64,000 bases of DNA from an uncultured delta proteobacterium (GCA_963753975.1 CAVWEH010000002.1:128001-192000); one strand, 5' to 3'. Shown: positions 1-11,465, numbered from the stretch's first letter. Numbers and translations are program-made. The notes: generated by a model from the sequence alone, not told the origin.

Positions 1-1
1 T

Positions 2-355
2 ATTACCATAGCTGCCGTATTTTCTTCTTCCATGATACCAGTGGCATGGAGAACGGCAAGTGGCTCGGATTATTTGGGCAGGGCTACCGGGCTTCTGCAA
101 AATGAACTGGAAAATCGTCAGTATCAAACGATGAGCGGAGTTGATCCCACTACCCTTGAATATCCTGCAGATGGTAAAGCTATTTTAGTGGGTGATACCA
201 CTTTCACCGTTAAAACGGTTACCAGTAAAGATAACGTTCATCCCAATACATGGGTAGTAAATGTAAATGTCGCCTGGCCCGGAAATGATAATGGTGTAAC
301 CAGCAGTATGCTTGTAACCCGGCAATTGGGTTTTAACAATCAAGACAATAAATAG
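2..355 (+). CDS. Type IV pilus minor pilin (PilV-like), 5' end outside window
   Basis: Frame is open from position 2 with a hydrophobic stretch; C-terminal 'VVNVNVAWP' is typical of PilV-type pilins; lies directly upstream of pilW/pilX/pilY1-like genes. Confidence 0.65.
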   Translation: MTIAAVFSSSMIPVAWRTASGSDYLGRATGLLQNELENRQYQTMSGVDPTTLEYPADGKAILVGDTTFTVKTVTSKDNVHPNTWVVNVNVAWPGNDNGVTSSMLVTRQLGFNNQDNK

Positions 356-374
356 TTGCTCGGGGTAGGGCGCA

Positions 375-1172
375 ATGAATACAATGAATAAAAACGGTTT
401 TACATTAGTGGAATTAATTGTCGCCGTGGGGGTTGGCTTAGTAATAATGTTTGCCATATATTCTGTCAGTGATATGGCGCAGCGTTCCTCCGTATCTATA
501 TCGCAGAAAGTTGTAACCCAGCAGGATGCAAGAGCCGTTTTGGACTTAATGGCGATGGAAATTCGTATGGCATCGTACAATCCGACTGTGGCCAATATCT
601 GGAACACAATTCCCACGAGTACCTGCGCCTCTATAGCACCATATAACGTGGCACCCAATTCAATCTATAAGGGTATTCAAGTAGCCAAAGCCAATACAAT
701 TCTTATAGCAATGGATATAGGCGGTCCATTAGTCTCAGCCGGCCCACCACCTGTCTATACCTATGGAACAATTGGCGATTTTCCAAATGAATATATACTG
801 TATTCTTATAATGGAGTGGATACTATTACGCGGAATGTCAGTTGTGGCGGCAATCAGGCCATTCTGGGCGGCGCGGGATCATCTACAACGGTCGTTAATA
901 ATGCTACTAACCCGGTTGTCAACCTTTTTACGTATTGGGGGCCTGATATAGATAATCCACCAGATGCGAATCATAATCTTGCCGATATAGATATTACGCA
1001 AAAAGTAATTGCCGATCCCGTAAAATGGATACCGCAAATCAGGCGGATCATAATTACCATTGTTGCCGATACCGAGCTAGCGGATGCGACAACGAAAAAG
1101 AAAAGAAGAATGACTTATTCTACAGGTGTTCTGGTGAGGAACCATGTACTTAGTCCGCCAATTCCGTATTAA
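375..1172 (+). CDS. Prepilin-type N-terminal cleavage/methylation protein (PilW-like minor pilin)
   Basis: Class III signal 'NKNG|FTLVELIVAV' with Glu+5; 'MEIRMASY' helix as in PilW. Confidence 0.85.
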   Translation: MNTMNKNGFTLVELIVAVGVGLVIMFAIYSVSDMAQRSSVSISQKVVTQQDARAVLDLMAMEIRMASYNPTVANIWNTIPTSTCASIAPYNVAPNSIYKGIQVAKANTILIAMDIGGPLVSAGPPPVYTYGTIGDFPNEYILYSYNGVDTITRNVSCGGNQAILGGAGSSTTVVNNATNPVVNLFTYWGPDIDNPPDANHNLADIDITQKVIADPVKWIPQIRRIIITIVADTELADATTKKKRRMTYSTGVLVRNHVLSPPIPY

Positions 1173-1629
1173 TAAAAGAAAGTCTGAACGGGGCTTCATA
1201 TTGCTGGCAGCGCTTTTTGCCATGTTGATTCTGATTGCCGTCGGTTTTCTTGCTTTGACCATGACAACACAAGACATCAGAACCAGCGGGCAATATCTTT
1301 GCGAGAGGCGATCTTTTTCCGCAGCGGATGCCGGCCTTACTGCATTGTGCTTAGGCTTTGATCCTAATATTTTAGTCCCGTCAGGCAATATTCAAGTTGA
1401 TCCCGCGAACGACGCTTCATCTACCTATAGCTATACAAAACCAACGCGAGATAGTGGCACGTCTTCCATTCCGGCGACAGGATCCAATATAGTAGAAGGC
1501 AGCGGTGAAAACTGGATTTACGAATTATATAATGGATCAGTTACCGGGACGGGATGTTCTGGTTCGGGAATGAATTTTGATGTGACTCTTAGATATGGGC
1601 CTGTTAGTAATGATACGGGTTACCGGTAA
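1144..1629 (+). CDS. PilX-like minor pilin
   Basis: 'SERG|FILLAALFAMLIL' prepilin motif lacking Glu+5, plus 'SFSAADAGL', both PilX hallmarks. Confidence 0.8.
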   Translation: MYLVRQFRINKRKSERGFILLAALFAMLILIAVGFLALTMTTQDIRTSGQYLCERRSFSAADAGLTALCLGFDPNILVPSGNIQVDPANDASSTYSYTKPTRDSGTSSIPATGSNIVEGSGENWIYELYNGSVTGTGCSGSGMNFDVTLRYGPVSNDTGYR

Positions 1630-1708
1630 CCGGCTATTTTTTTAGAGGATTAAAAAAGAATAATTAGTCCCTGTTAATTATTTGTTTATTATTGAGGAGG
1701 ATAGCGCA

Positions 1709-4700
1709 ATGAAAAAAAAATATTTGGTTGTTTTAATAATTATCCTCAACCTGATAATTATATCGCCGGCTTTTGCCGATGAAACGGATACCTTTTCTTC
1801 ACAAAAACCGGATGTTTTGATTATTATCGACGGTTCCGGCAGTATGGTGTATGAGCCTAGCGGGGCTGATTGTCAAAACACTTCCAATACCAGCTATAGT
1901 TGCGGAAATAAAGTTTACGGAGATGCTAACTGCGATAATGCTACCTTTAACACTTATAAATCGTCAGATTCGACCCGTAATACCGACTGTCGAAAAATAT
2001 CAATTGCCCAAAGAGCCATGAGCAAAATCCTGGACAATCAGAAAGCCAAACAGATAATGAGGATGGGTTTCATGGGTTTTACTAATTGTCAAAATAATAC
2101 TGTTGATGAAGGACAGGGAAGCGCAATTGGTCCCAGGACAAACCCACCATCATCGTCAAACGGGACATATGATCCGATCTCCGGTCATACGCACTCCGGT
2201 TGCAACTATGTGCGCAATGATATTTCGGACTATTATAATAGCTCCACGGACAATATCTTCGAGGCTATCCGGACGAATATCAATAATTATGCGGTTACAG
2301 GCGGCACAGTGCTTGTTGCTTCGCTTGCGGAAGCTAAATTATATTTTACGAATTATACGGACGCCGCCAAAGACTGCCGGACTAAATTTGTAATTGTTAT
2401 TACTGATGGCGATGATACTTTTGCTTGCCCCAGTGCTACGGGAAACGAATTGCAAAAAGACCAATACAAAAGACGCCGCGAATCGGTAGCGGCAGTAAAA
2501 GCCCTTTATGATACTTTTTCCAGCAGTACGGATGCAAAACTTGCAGACGAAAAAATAAAAACGTTTGTTATCGGCTTTGGCGCCGCCATGCCTGATTGGT
2601 CGGAAAACACATTAAACTGGATGGCCTACTATGGACAAACCAGTTTCAGTTCGACGGCCACCGTACCGACAACTCTTTATTATCTCGATACCACAAAACC
2701 GGCTTACCTTTATCCCGTGGATCCGGCTACTAATGTTCAAATTACCGCTTGTCAGGATCAAGCAGCATATTTAGAGACGACTTCCAGTTACTATAGTGAT
2801 CATGTTAATCACTGTGACGGCAGCCATACAGGTTGCGTACTTCAACCTAATTATACCCACGGAGGACATACCTATAACGAGCAACTGACTGATCCCGGCA
2901 CTGTTCCGCTTACCGGTTATGCTGCTGTGGCTGCTAATGTAACAGATCTGGATGCGGCGCTGGCATCGGCCTTTAAAGTTATTGAAGCGACTTATTCGTT
3001 TGCCACTTCTTCCGTTCAATCGGTGCGGACAAAAGATGAAAATTATATTTATGAAGCATCATTTTCGGTAAGAACCAGTGACCCTTTTTACCTGGGGCAC
3101 TTAAAACAATATACAATTAATACGGATGGAACTATTCCCACCAACTTTAACTGGGATGCGGGCGCCCTGCTGCAAACCGCCTCGGCAAGTAGTCGGAATA
3201 TTTGGACTTACAAAAGTACCGGTCCGATTGCATTTACCGGTGATGGAAGTATGTCCGGTAATATAAATTATACGGATCTGGGTATCAATACCGGCGTTCC
3301 CGCCAACGATGCTGTTTCTGCCGGCAACATTATTACGTTCATTCGGGGCGGCGATATTACCGGTACTACTGATGCTAATAATGCCTGGAAACTGGGGGAT
3401 ACTTTCCATAGCTTCCCGGTGACAGTGGGAACGCCGGCAACATATTATTGTGATAATGTAGATCCCACAGGTTTGTGCTGCAATAGCCTCACTTGCCAGG
3501 ATCCCTTCACTTGCGATCCACCATATTCCTGCTGCACTTGTGAAAAAGCTTTTGATATATTTCGTGGATATCATCAAAGGTCAACGGTCAAGTACAAACA
3601 GAATGATTGTAACCGGCGCCAATGACGGACAATTGCACATGTTCAGCACCTATAATGGGGCGGAACGATGGAGCTTTATTCCCCCCAATCTCCTTTCTCA
3701 GCTGCAGTATGTTTCCCATCAGACTCATCCGGATACTTCTCAATCTCATACTTATTTTGTTGATGGTCCAATTTCCATTAGCGATATTTGGTTGCCTGCC
3801 GGCGACGCTACTATAGGGGTTGCGAAAACATATTCTGATTGGCATACGTGGCTGGTATTCAGCGAAGGTCGGGGCGCGAAAAATACTTTGTGGAGCAAAT
3901 TTCCTTCGTGTGACAGTAATCTGAGTAAATACTATTCCACGACTTACCAATATTATTGCGGCTATTATGCTTTTGACCTGACTAATATCACCAATACCAG
4001 TCCGACACCTGATGGCCCGAAATGGCTTTTGGGCGTTTCCGAGTGCCGACGCGACTTATTTAGGCGAGCCCTGGAGTAAAATGATTATGGGCCGCGTTCG
4101 AATAGATGGCGATGAAGATTGGGTTGGCTTCATCGGCGGCGGCTATTCCGATTGTTTGAGTACGGATGATTCCAGTTGCACCACTCGCGGTAACGGATTT
4201 TTTGTTGTTAATTTAAAAACAGGAAGCGTGCTGAAGCGGTTTTCTAATGCCACGAATCTGACTATGACCTATCAACTCCCCGCTCCCCCATCTCCAGTTG
4301 ATACTGATAATGACGGCTTTGTGGACATTGTTTATTAGGGCGATTTAGGTAACGACGTCTGGCGGTTCAAAATGTGTTTGGCAGCCGATGATACGGGTAG
4401 CCCAAAATGCGGTATGGGCACGACGGGCAGATGGATTTCAACGGCGCTCTTATCTTCTTCCTCACATTATCGAAAAATATTTACGCAGGCGGCTGTTGCC
4501 AGAGATAATCTCGGTAATATGTGGGTGTATGTCGGCACCGGTGATAAGATGCACCCCGTTGCTGTTCTTAAGGATAGTTCCAATAATACCGTAAACGATA
4601 GGTTATATGCGATTATGGATAATGATCTATCCACCACACATACCTTGAACAATCTGCAGAGATATAACATCAGGGCAGTACTTATAATCCTACTTCTCCC

Positions 4701-5117
4701 ACCTGTAATACTACTCCTTGCAGCGGTTGGTATATTAATCTACAGATAGGTGCTGGAGAAAAAATACTTGCTGACCCGGTAGTCTTTCAAGGGGTAGTTT
4801 ATTTTACGACTTATGTCCCGCCTGCGGGTACGAATGTCTGTGACGTATCCGGTACTGCTTATTTGTACGCTCTTAATTATGTCACCGGTGCTGGAGAATT
4901 TACTGGCGCTACCCCACGATCCGAATTTATCGGTTATGGAATACCATCGTCACCAATTGTTTCTTTAAATCCCTATGGAGGCACCGATATTTATGTTTCC
5001 ACAAGTCAAAAAAATACTCAAACGGCTGATACTTTTGTCAAGAAACAAACTACGCCGACAATAACTAATTACAATAAAACGAACTTGATGATGTGGCGTG
5101 ACAAGCGCGTGCAGTAA
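1709..5117 (+). pseudogene. pilY1: PilY1/PilC type IV pilus tip adhesin (vWA + beta-propeller), interrupted by indels and one in-frame stop in this assembly
   Basis: SD GAGGAGG, signal peptide, vWA MIDAS 'DGSGS' and 'VITDG'; propeller motifs 'KLGDTFHS', 'GANDGQLHMF', 'YFVDG', Ca-loop 'DTDNDGFVD', 'GWYINL', C-terminal 'MWR' are spread over ORFs 1682-3625, 3540-4079, 4012-4338, 4372-4749 and 4863-5117. Confidence 0.85.
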
Positions 5118-5146
5118 GTTATTATGGATATGAAAAATAAAATTTA

Positions 5147-5175
5147 TTGACAGGGAATTGATATATCTATAGCGT
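5147..5175 (+). promoter_or_regulatory. Putative sigma70 promoter
   Basis: TTGACA-N17-TAGCGT upstream of the small ORF and argS. Confidence 0.45.
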
Positions 5176-5205
5176 AACACGTGAGTTCCAAAGGGTTTGA
5201 TTTAT

Positions 5206-5379
5206 ATGGGCACGGAAAAGAAATATTGTGCGATTTGCGCCTGGCGCGGCAGTTGCCAGAAAAAATTCAGTGTTTCTACGGATGCCTCCGGATATGTTCA
5301 TTGTCCGGATTACTCCCGCGACCTCGCCATTAAAGATCAGGATATTGACGCGGCGGTTAAAAAAGACCAGCAGGCCTGA
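5206..5379 (+). CDS. Small Cys-containing hypothetical protein (57 aa)
   Basis: CAIC-AWRGS-C...HCPDY, four Cys; between the promoter and argS. Confidence 0.65.
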   Translation: MGTEKKYCAICAWRGSCQKKFSVSTDASGYVHCPDYSRDLAIKDQDIDAAVKKDQQA

Positions 5380-5407
5380 CAAAAAAGAATAATAGTTCAA
5401 CTTGCAG

Positions 5408-5450
5408 TGGCAAGCGGCAAATGATATTTATAGCTGCTTGCCATTTTTTT
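5408..5450 (+). terminator. Intrinsic terminator-like hairpin upstream of argS
   Basis: TGGCAAGCGGC...GCTGCTTGCCA followed by a T-run. Confidence 0.55.
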
Positions 5451-5473
5451 ATGGAAAAGGTTGAAACTTGTTA

Positions 5474-7141
5474 ATGAAGAATAAAATTACCGCACTTATC
5501 GAAAAAGCGATAAATTCATGCGTAAAGAAGAAATTACTTGGCGCAGTTGATTTGCCCTATATTGAAGTGGAAGTACCGGCGAATCATGATCACGGAGATT
5601 ATGCTTCTAATGCGGCAATGGTTTTAGCGTCTTCCGTCAAACAAAATCCGCGGAAAATAGCCGAAATTATCCAGGCGAATTTAATTGACGCCGAAAAAAT
5701 TATCGAGAAAACTCAAATAGCCGGCCCCGGTTTCCTTAATTTTTTTATCAAAGACGATGTTTGGCAAAAATCTCTCCGGGATATCGAAAAGCAAAAAGAA
5801 AAATATGGTTCAATAAATAGCGGCGACGGCAAGAAAGTTCAGGTGGAATTTGTCAGCGCTAATCCGACGGGTCCCTTGCATATCGGTCACGCTCGCGGCG
5901 CGGTTGTGGGCGACGTAATTGCCAATTTACTGATGGTGGCCGGCTATAAAGTATCGAAAGAATACTATATCAACGATGCCGGGAACCAGATGAATAATCT
6001 GGGCAAATCAGTATTACTGCGATACCGTGAATTATTAGGTAAAAAAATTGAATTTCCCGAAACCTGTTACCGGGGAGATTACATTAAAGAGATTGCCGGC
6101 GACATCATTAAAAGGGAAGGGAATAAATACCTGACGGCGATAAACGAGGAAGAAACGATCCGAAAATTTACCGCTATTGCCGGACAAATTATCATGGAGG
6201 AGATAAAAAAGGATTTATTTGACTTCGGCGTTACTTTTAATGAATATTTCAGCGAAAAAGAATTATATAAAAATAACGGAGTGACTAAACTTTTAGATAA
6301 ATTGCAAAAACAGGGGTTTGTTTACATCGACGAGGAAGCCAAATGGGCCGGGACATCTGGTTACGGTGACGAAAAAGACCGGGTTGTGGTTCGTAAAAAC
6401 GGTGAGCCTACTTATTTTGCCGCCGATATTGCGTATCATCAAAATAAATTTTCCCGCGGCTTTGAGACAATTATCGATATCTGGGGCGCCGACCATCACG
6501 GTTATATGCCGCGCTTGTTTGCCGGTATTCAGGCTCTGGGGCATGATAAAAACAGCTTAAAAATCATTTTGGTGCAATTGGTTAATTTACTGCGAGACGG
6601 AACACCGGTCGCTATGTCCACCCGTTCGGGTGAATTTGTGACTTTGCGGGAAGTACTCGATGAAGTGGGTAAAGATGCCGCCCGTTATAATTTCCTAATG
6701 AGGCGTTCCGACAGCCACCTGGATTTTGATCTGGAACTGGCTAAAAGACAAGTGAGCGAAAATCCTGTTTATTATGTGCAATATGCCCATGCCCGGATTT
6801 GTTCGATTTTAAACATGGCGCGGGAACGCGGCATTCCCCTGCCTAACTACGCAGATATCGAAACGGCCTTATTGAATGAGCCCGAGGAAAAAGTTTTGAT
6901 AAAATTAATGGCTCGTTTCCCGGAAATTATTGAAGGTGCCGCAGGCGCCCTGGAGCCGCATCGGGTTACTTTTTATCTAAATGAACTGGCCGGAGTTTTC
7001 CACAGCTACTATAATAAAAATAAGGTAATTTCCGAAAATAATATGTTGACTGCCGCCCGGCTGTTATTAGTAAAAACAATTGGTATTGTTTTGCGCAATG
7101 CGCTAAAAATATTGGGTGTGAGCGCACCGGAAAAAATGTAA
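5474..7141 (+). CDS. argS: Arginine--tRNA ligase
   Basis: '[16 protein letters not shown]' HIGH motif, 'MSTRSG', 'YYVQYAHAR', terminal 'APEKM'. Confidence 0.98.
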   Translation: MKNKITALIEKAINSCVKKKLLGAVDLPYIEVEVPANHDHGDYASNAAMVLASSVKQNPRKIAEIIQANLIDAEKIIEKTQIAGPGFLNFFIKDDVWQKSLRDIEKQKEKYGSINSGDGKKVQVEFVSANPTGPLHIGHARGAVVGDVIANLLMVAGYKVSKEYYINDAGNQMNNLGKSVLLRYRELLGKKIEFPETCYRGDYIKEIAGDIIKREGNKYLTAINEEETIRKFTAIAGQIIMEEIKKDLFDFGVTFNEYFSEKELYKNNGVTKLLDKLQKQGFVYIDEEAKWAGTSGYGDEKDRVVVRKNGEPTYFAADIAYHQNKFSRGFETIIDIWGADHHGYMPRLFAGIQALGHDKNSLKIILVQLVNLLRDGTPVAMSTRSGEFVTLREVLDEVGKDAARYNFLMRRSDSHLDFDLELAKRQVSENPVYYVQYAHARICSILNMARERGIPLPNYADIETALLNEPEEKVLIKLMARFPEIIEGAAGALEPHRVTFYLNELAGVFHSYYNKNKVISENNMLTAARLLLVKTIGIVLRNALKILGVSAPEKM

Positions 7142-7224
7142 AAGGAAAGAATTGACTAAAGTTTAAATAATATTTTTTTGTAATTACCATAAAAACAGAA
7201 AAATGGTGTTAGCAGGTAAAAAAA

Positions 7225-7959
7225 ATGACTTCGGGAAATATAAAAAATTTTGAATTGAGATTAAAAAAACTGGGATTAATTATCGTTATTACCGGAATGG
7301 CTGCCCTTATATGTTTTGCTTTTTTATTGGGAGTCACTGTAGGGAAAAATATCGATACTTATCCCGAGCAAATTGCCGCACTGCCCCGGAAGGTATTGGC
7401 ATTTATCTGGCGTCCGGCAGAAATTCAAACTCCTCAAGAAGACTCTAAGGACGGAGAAAATATTGACCTTAACTATTACAATAATTTAACCAGTAAAAAA
7501 GGTACGCCTAAAGAACAAGCCGTGCCGCAGAAAAAAGATAGTACTGAAGTTCTGCCGCAATCGGCTTCCGTGACAAAGGACAATGACGAAAGTTCAAAAT
7601 CAGATGCAAGTATGCAGGCTCAAAAGAAGTCGGTGGCAGTCAAAGAAACAGTTAAAGATGAAAGCAAGTCTAAAACAAAAGAAACTCCGACTCCGGCGTA
7701 TAAACAAAAATTTATAATTCAGGCGGCTTCTTTAAAGGAGAAGGCTAAGGCTTACCAGTTAAATAAGAAAATAGCGGCATTAGGCTTGGAAGGACTGATA
7801 GTTCCGGTAGAAATTAAAGGTAGGGGAATCTGGTATCGCATAATTATTTCCGGATTTGAAAGTAAAACTCAGGCGCAGGCAGCCGCTGCAAAAATCTCTA
7901 AAAAGACAGGAATAAATTGTATCATCAGGAATATTGATGGTAACGTGAAGAAAAAATGA
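7225..7959 (+). CDS. SPOR-domain cell division protein (FtsN/DedD-like)
   Basis: N-terminal TM helix, low-complexity linker, C-terminal SPOR 'FIIQAASL...WYRIIISGF'; argS-SPOR synteny. Confidence 0.85.
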   Translation: MTSGNIKNFELRLKKLGLIIVITGMAALICFAFLLGVTVGKNIDTYPEQIAALPRKVLAFIWRPAEIQTPQEDSKDGENIDLNYYNNLTSKKGTPKEQAVPQKKDSTEVLPQSASVTKDNDESSKSDASMQAQKKSVAVKETVKDESKSKTKETPTPAYKQKFIIQAASLKEKAKAYQLNKKIAALGLEGLIVPVEIKGRGIWYRIIISGFESKTQAQAAAAKISKKTGINCIIRNIDGNVKKK

Positions 7960-7980
7960 GAAGCAGCTAATTATTTGATT

Positions 7981-9315
7981 ATGTTTGAAAATCTATCGGA
8001 AAAATTGGAAAATATTTTCCAAAAATTAAAGGGACGCGGAATTTTAAATGAGGAAGACATAAACACCGCGCTCAAAGAAATACGCATGACTCTTCTGGAA
8101 GCCGATGTAAATTTCAAGGTGGTTAAGGATTTTGTAGAAAATATTCGTGTCCGGGCGATAGGCAAAGAAGTATTGGATAGCATCACTCCCGGCCAGCAGG
8201 TCATGAAAATCGTTTATGATAAGCTCGTTAATTTAATGGGCGAAACCAGCGCCAATATAAAATTCGGTGCCCGTGTTCCGTCAGTCATTATGCTTGTCGG
8301 TTTACAAGGCTGCGGTAAGACAACGACAGCCGTGAAACTGGCGCGTTTATTATCGAATGAGCAAAAAAAAGTTTATCTTGTTTCAGCCGATATTCACCGT
8401 CCGGCGGCTATGGAGCAGCTTAGTGTATTGGGAAGAAAGATAAACGCCGGCGTTTTTGAAGCCGGCAGCATGCTGGAAGAGCCGGCGGAAATTTGTGCTA
8501 AAGCTTTGGAGAAGGCCAGAAAAGAAGGCTATGATGTAGTAATTATAGATACAGCCGGAAGATTGCATATTGACGATTTATTGATGAAAGAACTAAAAAA
8601 TATCAAGGATAAAATCAATCCGGCGGAAATCATTTATGTTGCTGATGCAATGATGGGTCAGGATGCCGTCAATGTCGGCACAAAATTCAATGAATTGATC
8701 GGTATTGACGGCGTTATTATGACCAAAATGGACGGTGACGCACGCGGCGGTGCCGCGCTGTCGCTGAAAGCGGTTATCGGGAAACCCATTAAATTTATCG
8801 GTGTTGGAGAAAAAATCGATGCCCTGGAGGTCTTTCATCCGGAAAGAATGGCTTCGCGCATTCTAGGCGGGGGCGATATCCTGACATTGATGGAAAAAGC
8901 TAAAGCCTCTATCGATGAAAAGAAAGCACGTGAGCTTAATAAGAAAATAAGAAAAAAAGAATTTAGCCTGGAGGATTTCCGTGATCAATTAGAACAAATG
9001 AAAAAGATGGGATCGGTAAAAGATGTTTTAGGTATGGTTCCCGGTTTAGGAAAAGTAAAAGCCCTAAAAGAAATTCAACCGGATGATAAGGAACTTATTA
9101 AAATAACGGCAATTATAGATTCCATGACACCAAAAGAACGCTGCAATTACCAAATTATCGACGGACGAAGGAGAAAAAGGATAGCATTAGGCAGCGGTAC
9201 GACAATTCAGGATGTCAATCGTTTGCTGAAAAATTACGGCGAAATTAAGAAGATGATGTTCAGATTTAATCAAAAAGACTCTGTAAAATCTCTACTGAGG
9301 AATTTCCCCTTTTAA
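7981..9315 (+). CDS. ffh: Signal recognition particle protein
   Basis: 'GLQGCGKTTT', 'DTAGR', 'TKMDGDARGG', Met-rich M domain. Confidence 0.98.
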   Translation: MFENLSEKLENIFQKLKGRGILNEEDINTALKEIRMTLLEADVNFKVVKDFVENIRVRAIGKEVLDSITPGQQVMKIVYDKLVNLMGETSANIKFGARVPSVIMLVGLQGCGKTTTAVKLARLLSNEQKKVYLVSADIHRPAAMEQLSVLGRKINAGVFEAGSMLEEPAEICAKALEKARKEGYDVVIIDTAGRLHIDDLLMKELKNIKDKINPAEIIYVADAMMGQDAVNVGTKFNELIGIDGVIMTKMDGDARGGAALSLKAVIGKPIKFIGVGEKIDALEVFHPERMASRILGGGDILTLMEKAKASIDEKKARELNKKIRKKEFSLEDFRDQLEQMKKMGSVKDVLGMVPGLGKVKALKEIQPDDKELIKITAIIDSMTPKERCNYQIIDGRRRKRIALGSGTTIQDVNRLLKNYGEIKKMMFRFNQKDSVKSLLRNFPF

Positions 9316-9386
9316 AATATAAAAAACTGTGGTAAGTAATTATAACTACATAAAATTATTACTTAAGGAGGTTTTACTTAAAATCA

Positions 9387-9641
9387 ATGGCGGTTAAAAT
9401 TCGATTAACTCGTATGGGTGCAAAAAGCAAACCATTTTATCGTATTGTGGCGGCAGATACTGATTTTCCTAGAGATGGAAGGTTTTTGGAGATTTTAGGC
9501 AATTACGATCCCAAGAAAAATCCGGCAGAAATTACTCTCAAAGAAGGACGCGTTCGTGACTGGTTGGCTAAAGGCGCTAAAGCGACTCCGACGGTTGCGA
9601 GCCTCTTGAAAACAAAGGGAATAGAAGCTCGCGTTAAATAA
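9387..9641 (+). CDS. rpsP: 30S ribosomal protein S16
   Basis: 'MAVKIRLTRMGAKSKPFYRIVAAD'. Confidence 0.98.
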   Translation: MAVKIRLTRMGAKSKPFYRIVAADTDFPRDGRFLEILGNYDPKKNPAEITLKEGRVRDWLAKGAKATPTVASLLKTKGIEARVK

Positions 9642-9781
9642 AAGTGATTTAAAATTTTAATCATTTGTGACTGTGAAATGACGAGGGTCTTTGTATGACA
9701 ACGCATCGCTTGAACAAAAGAATTGTGATTGATAAAATAATTTCGCCAAAGGGTTAATCAAAACAAGTGGAGGTAAGGACG

Positions 9782-10012
9782 ATGAAAGAGTTGATCAAGT
9801 ATATATCTCAGTCGTTGGTAGATGATCCGGAAAAGGTTGAAGTAACTGAAATCGTCGGCGAACAAACATCTGTGATTGAATTACGTGTAGCAAAAGAAGA
9901 TTTAGGTAAAGTCATCGGAAAACAAGGCAGAACAGCCAAAGCTATCCGCACAATTTTAAGCGCGGCCTCTGCCAAGATTCATAAGCGGTCAGTTTTAGAA
10001 ATTATTGAATAA
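9782..10012 (+). CDS. khpA: KH-domain RNA-binding protein
   Basis: '[17 protein letters not shown]'; GGAGGT SD; rpsP-khpA-rimM order. Confidence 0.95.
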   Translation: MKELIKYISQSLVDDPEKVEVTEIVGEQTSVIELRVAKEDLGKVIGKQGRTAKAIRTILSAASAKIHKRSVLEIIE

Positions 10013-10018
10013 AGAAAA

Positions 10019-10519
10019 ATGGATCTCTTGGCGATTGGGGAGATCGTGAAAACCAAAGGTCTCCGCGGGTGTCTAAAAATCTTATCATATGCGGCGACGA
10101 AAAAAGTTTTTGCCGGGCTTAAAGATATTTATATAGAAAAGTCGGCGGGGCAAAAAAATCACCATAACATCAGAAAAATTAGTGTCTCCGGCAAGTTTTT
10201 ATTTATTGAACTGGAAGGAATAGACGATGTGGAGTCGGCCGGACGTTTTGTCGGCTCTAAGATTTTTGTGCCGAAAGAATTATTGCCGGACTTGGCGGAG
10301 GATGAATATTACTGGCAGGATATTATCGGGCTTAATGTTTTTAGCGAGGAAAGGGAGCATTTGGGACGGATAGAATCGATTTTCCCCACAGGAAGCAATG
10401 ATGTTTATGTCTGTAAAGGGGGCCCAAGAGAGATACTTCTTCCGGCGATTGCCGATGTTATTCGGCAAATAGATATTCGTCGCGGTATAATGACTGTAAA
10501 AGTGCCAAAAGGGCTATAA
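10019..10519 (+). CDS. rimM: Ribosome maturation factor RimM
   Basis: '[12 protein letters not shown]', 'EYYWQDIIG', 'TGSNDV'. Confidence 0.96.
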   Translation: MDLLAIGEIVKTKGLRGCLKILSYAATKKVFAGLKDIYIEKSAGQKNHHNIRKISVSGKFLFIELEGIDDVESAGRFVGSKIFVPKELLPDLAEDEYYWQDIIGLNVFSEEREHLGRIESIFPTGSNDVYVCKGGPREILLPAIADVIRQIDIRRGIMTVKVPKGL

Positions 10520-10523
10520 TAAA

Positions 10524-11261
10524 GTGATTAGGTTTGATGTCCTTTCTATTTTTCCCGAGATGTTGGTTTCCCCCATCAGTTTTAGCCTGCTGAAGAAAGC
10601 CCAGGAAAAAGGCCTTGTGGAGGTTTTCTTGCATGATATACGCGATTGGGCGCAGGATAAGCATAAGATGACCGATGATGCCCCTTACGGCAGCGGTTGC
10701 GGTATGGTGATGAAAGTCGAGCCTGTGGAAAAGGCGCTGGCGGCTGTTAAAAATGCCCGGAAAAAAGCTCTGGTGGTACTGATGACACCGCAGGGCGAAA
10801 TCTTAGATCAGGAAATCGCCAAGGAATTAGCCGAAAAAGAGCAAGTAATCATTATTTGCGGCCGTTATGAAGGAGTGGATGAAAGAATAAGAGAACACTT
10901 AACAGATCGGGAAATATCCATAGGAGATTATATTTTAACCGGGGGTGAGCTTTCCGCTTTAGTTTTAATAGATGTCGTATCCCGTTTTATTCCGGGTGTG
11001 CTGGGAAATTCGGAATCAACACTTAGCGAATCTTTTTCCCATGGTTTTTTGGAGTATCCCCAATATACAAGACCTGCTGGGTATAAAGGCTGGAAGGTGC
11101 CGGAAGTTTTGGTTTCCGGAAACCATGCGCAGATTGAACGATGGCGTAGGTATGAATCGCTCAAGAGGACATATAAGCGCCGGCCGGATTTACTGGAAAA
11201 GATCGAACTTTCAGAGGCAGATAAAAAAAATCTGCAAAAAATCAAGTTGGAAGCTACATAA
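10524..11261 (+). CDS. trmD: tRNA (guanine-N1)-methyltransferase
   Basis: '[10 protein letters not shown]', '[11 protein letters not shown]', 'LEYPQYTRP'. Confidence 0.98.
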   Translation: MIRFDVLSIFPEMLVSPISFSLLKKAQEKGLVEVFLHDIRDWAQDKHKMTDDAPYGSGCGMVMKVEPVEKALAAVKNARKKALVVLMTPQGEILDQEIAKELAEKEQVIIICGRYEGVDERIREHLTDREISIGDYILTGGELSALVLIDVVSRFIPGVLGNSESTLSESFSHGFLEYPQYTRPAGYKGWKVPEVLVSGNHAQIERWRRYESLKRTYKRRPDLLEKIELSEADKKNLQKIKLEAT

Positions 11262-11308
11262 TATCTTGATTTTGAAAGCCGTTTACGGTAGTTAAACGCA
11301 ACTTTTTC

Positions 11309-11465
11309 AATGACACTCGCTGAAAACGAACAACGCGAAGTTTGAAGCGTTAGTGGAATTGATCCCCAAGGCGAAGCTAAGCGGGATAATGACACTCGCT
11401 GAAAACGAACAACGCGAAGTTCGAAGCGTTAGTGGAATTGATCCCCAAGGCGAAGCTAAGCGGGA
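11309..11465. repeat. Tandem direct repeat, two ~78-bp units with 79-bp period
   Basis: AATGACACTCGCTGAAAACGAACAACGCGAAGTT(T/C)GAAGCGTTAGTGGAATTGATCCCCAAGGCGAAGCTAAGCGGGA at 11309-11386 and 11388-11465, one mismatch. Confidence 0.95.

Noticed and set aside
4336..4338. TAG recoding (alternative genetic code) suggested by in-frame ambers in pilY1 and the cupin
   Set aside because: TAG ends many intact genes here (yraN, rsmI, pheS), and the pilY1 case is explained by compensating homopolymer indels
11309..11465. CRISPR array
   Set aside because: Only two adjacent units with no unique spacers, the unit is too long, and no cas genes are present
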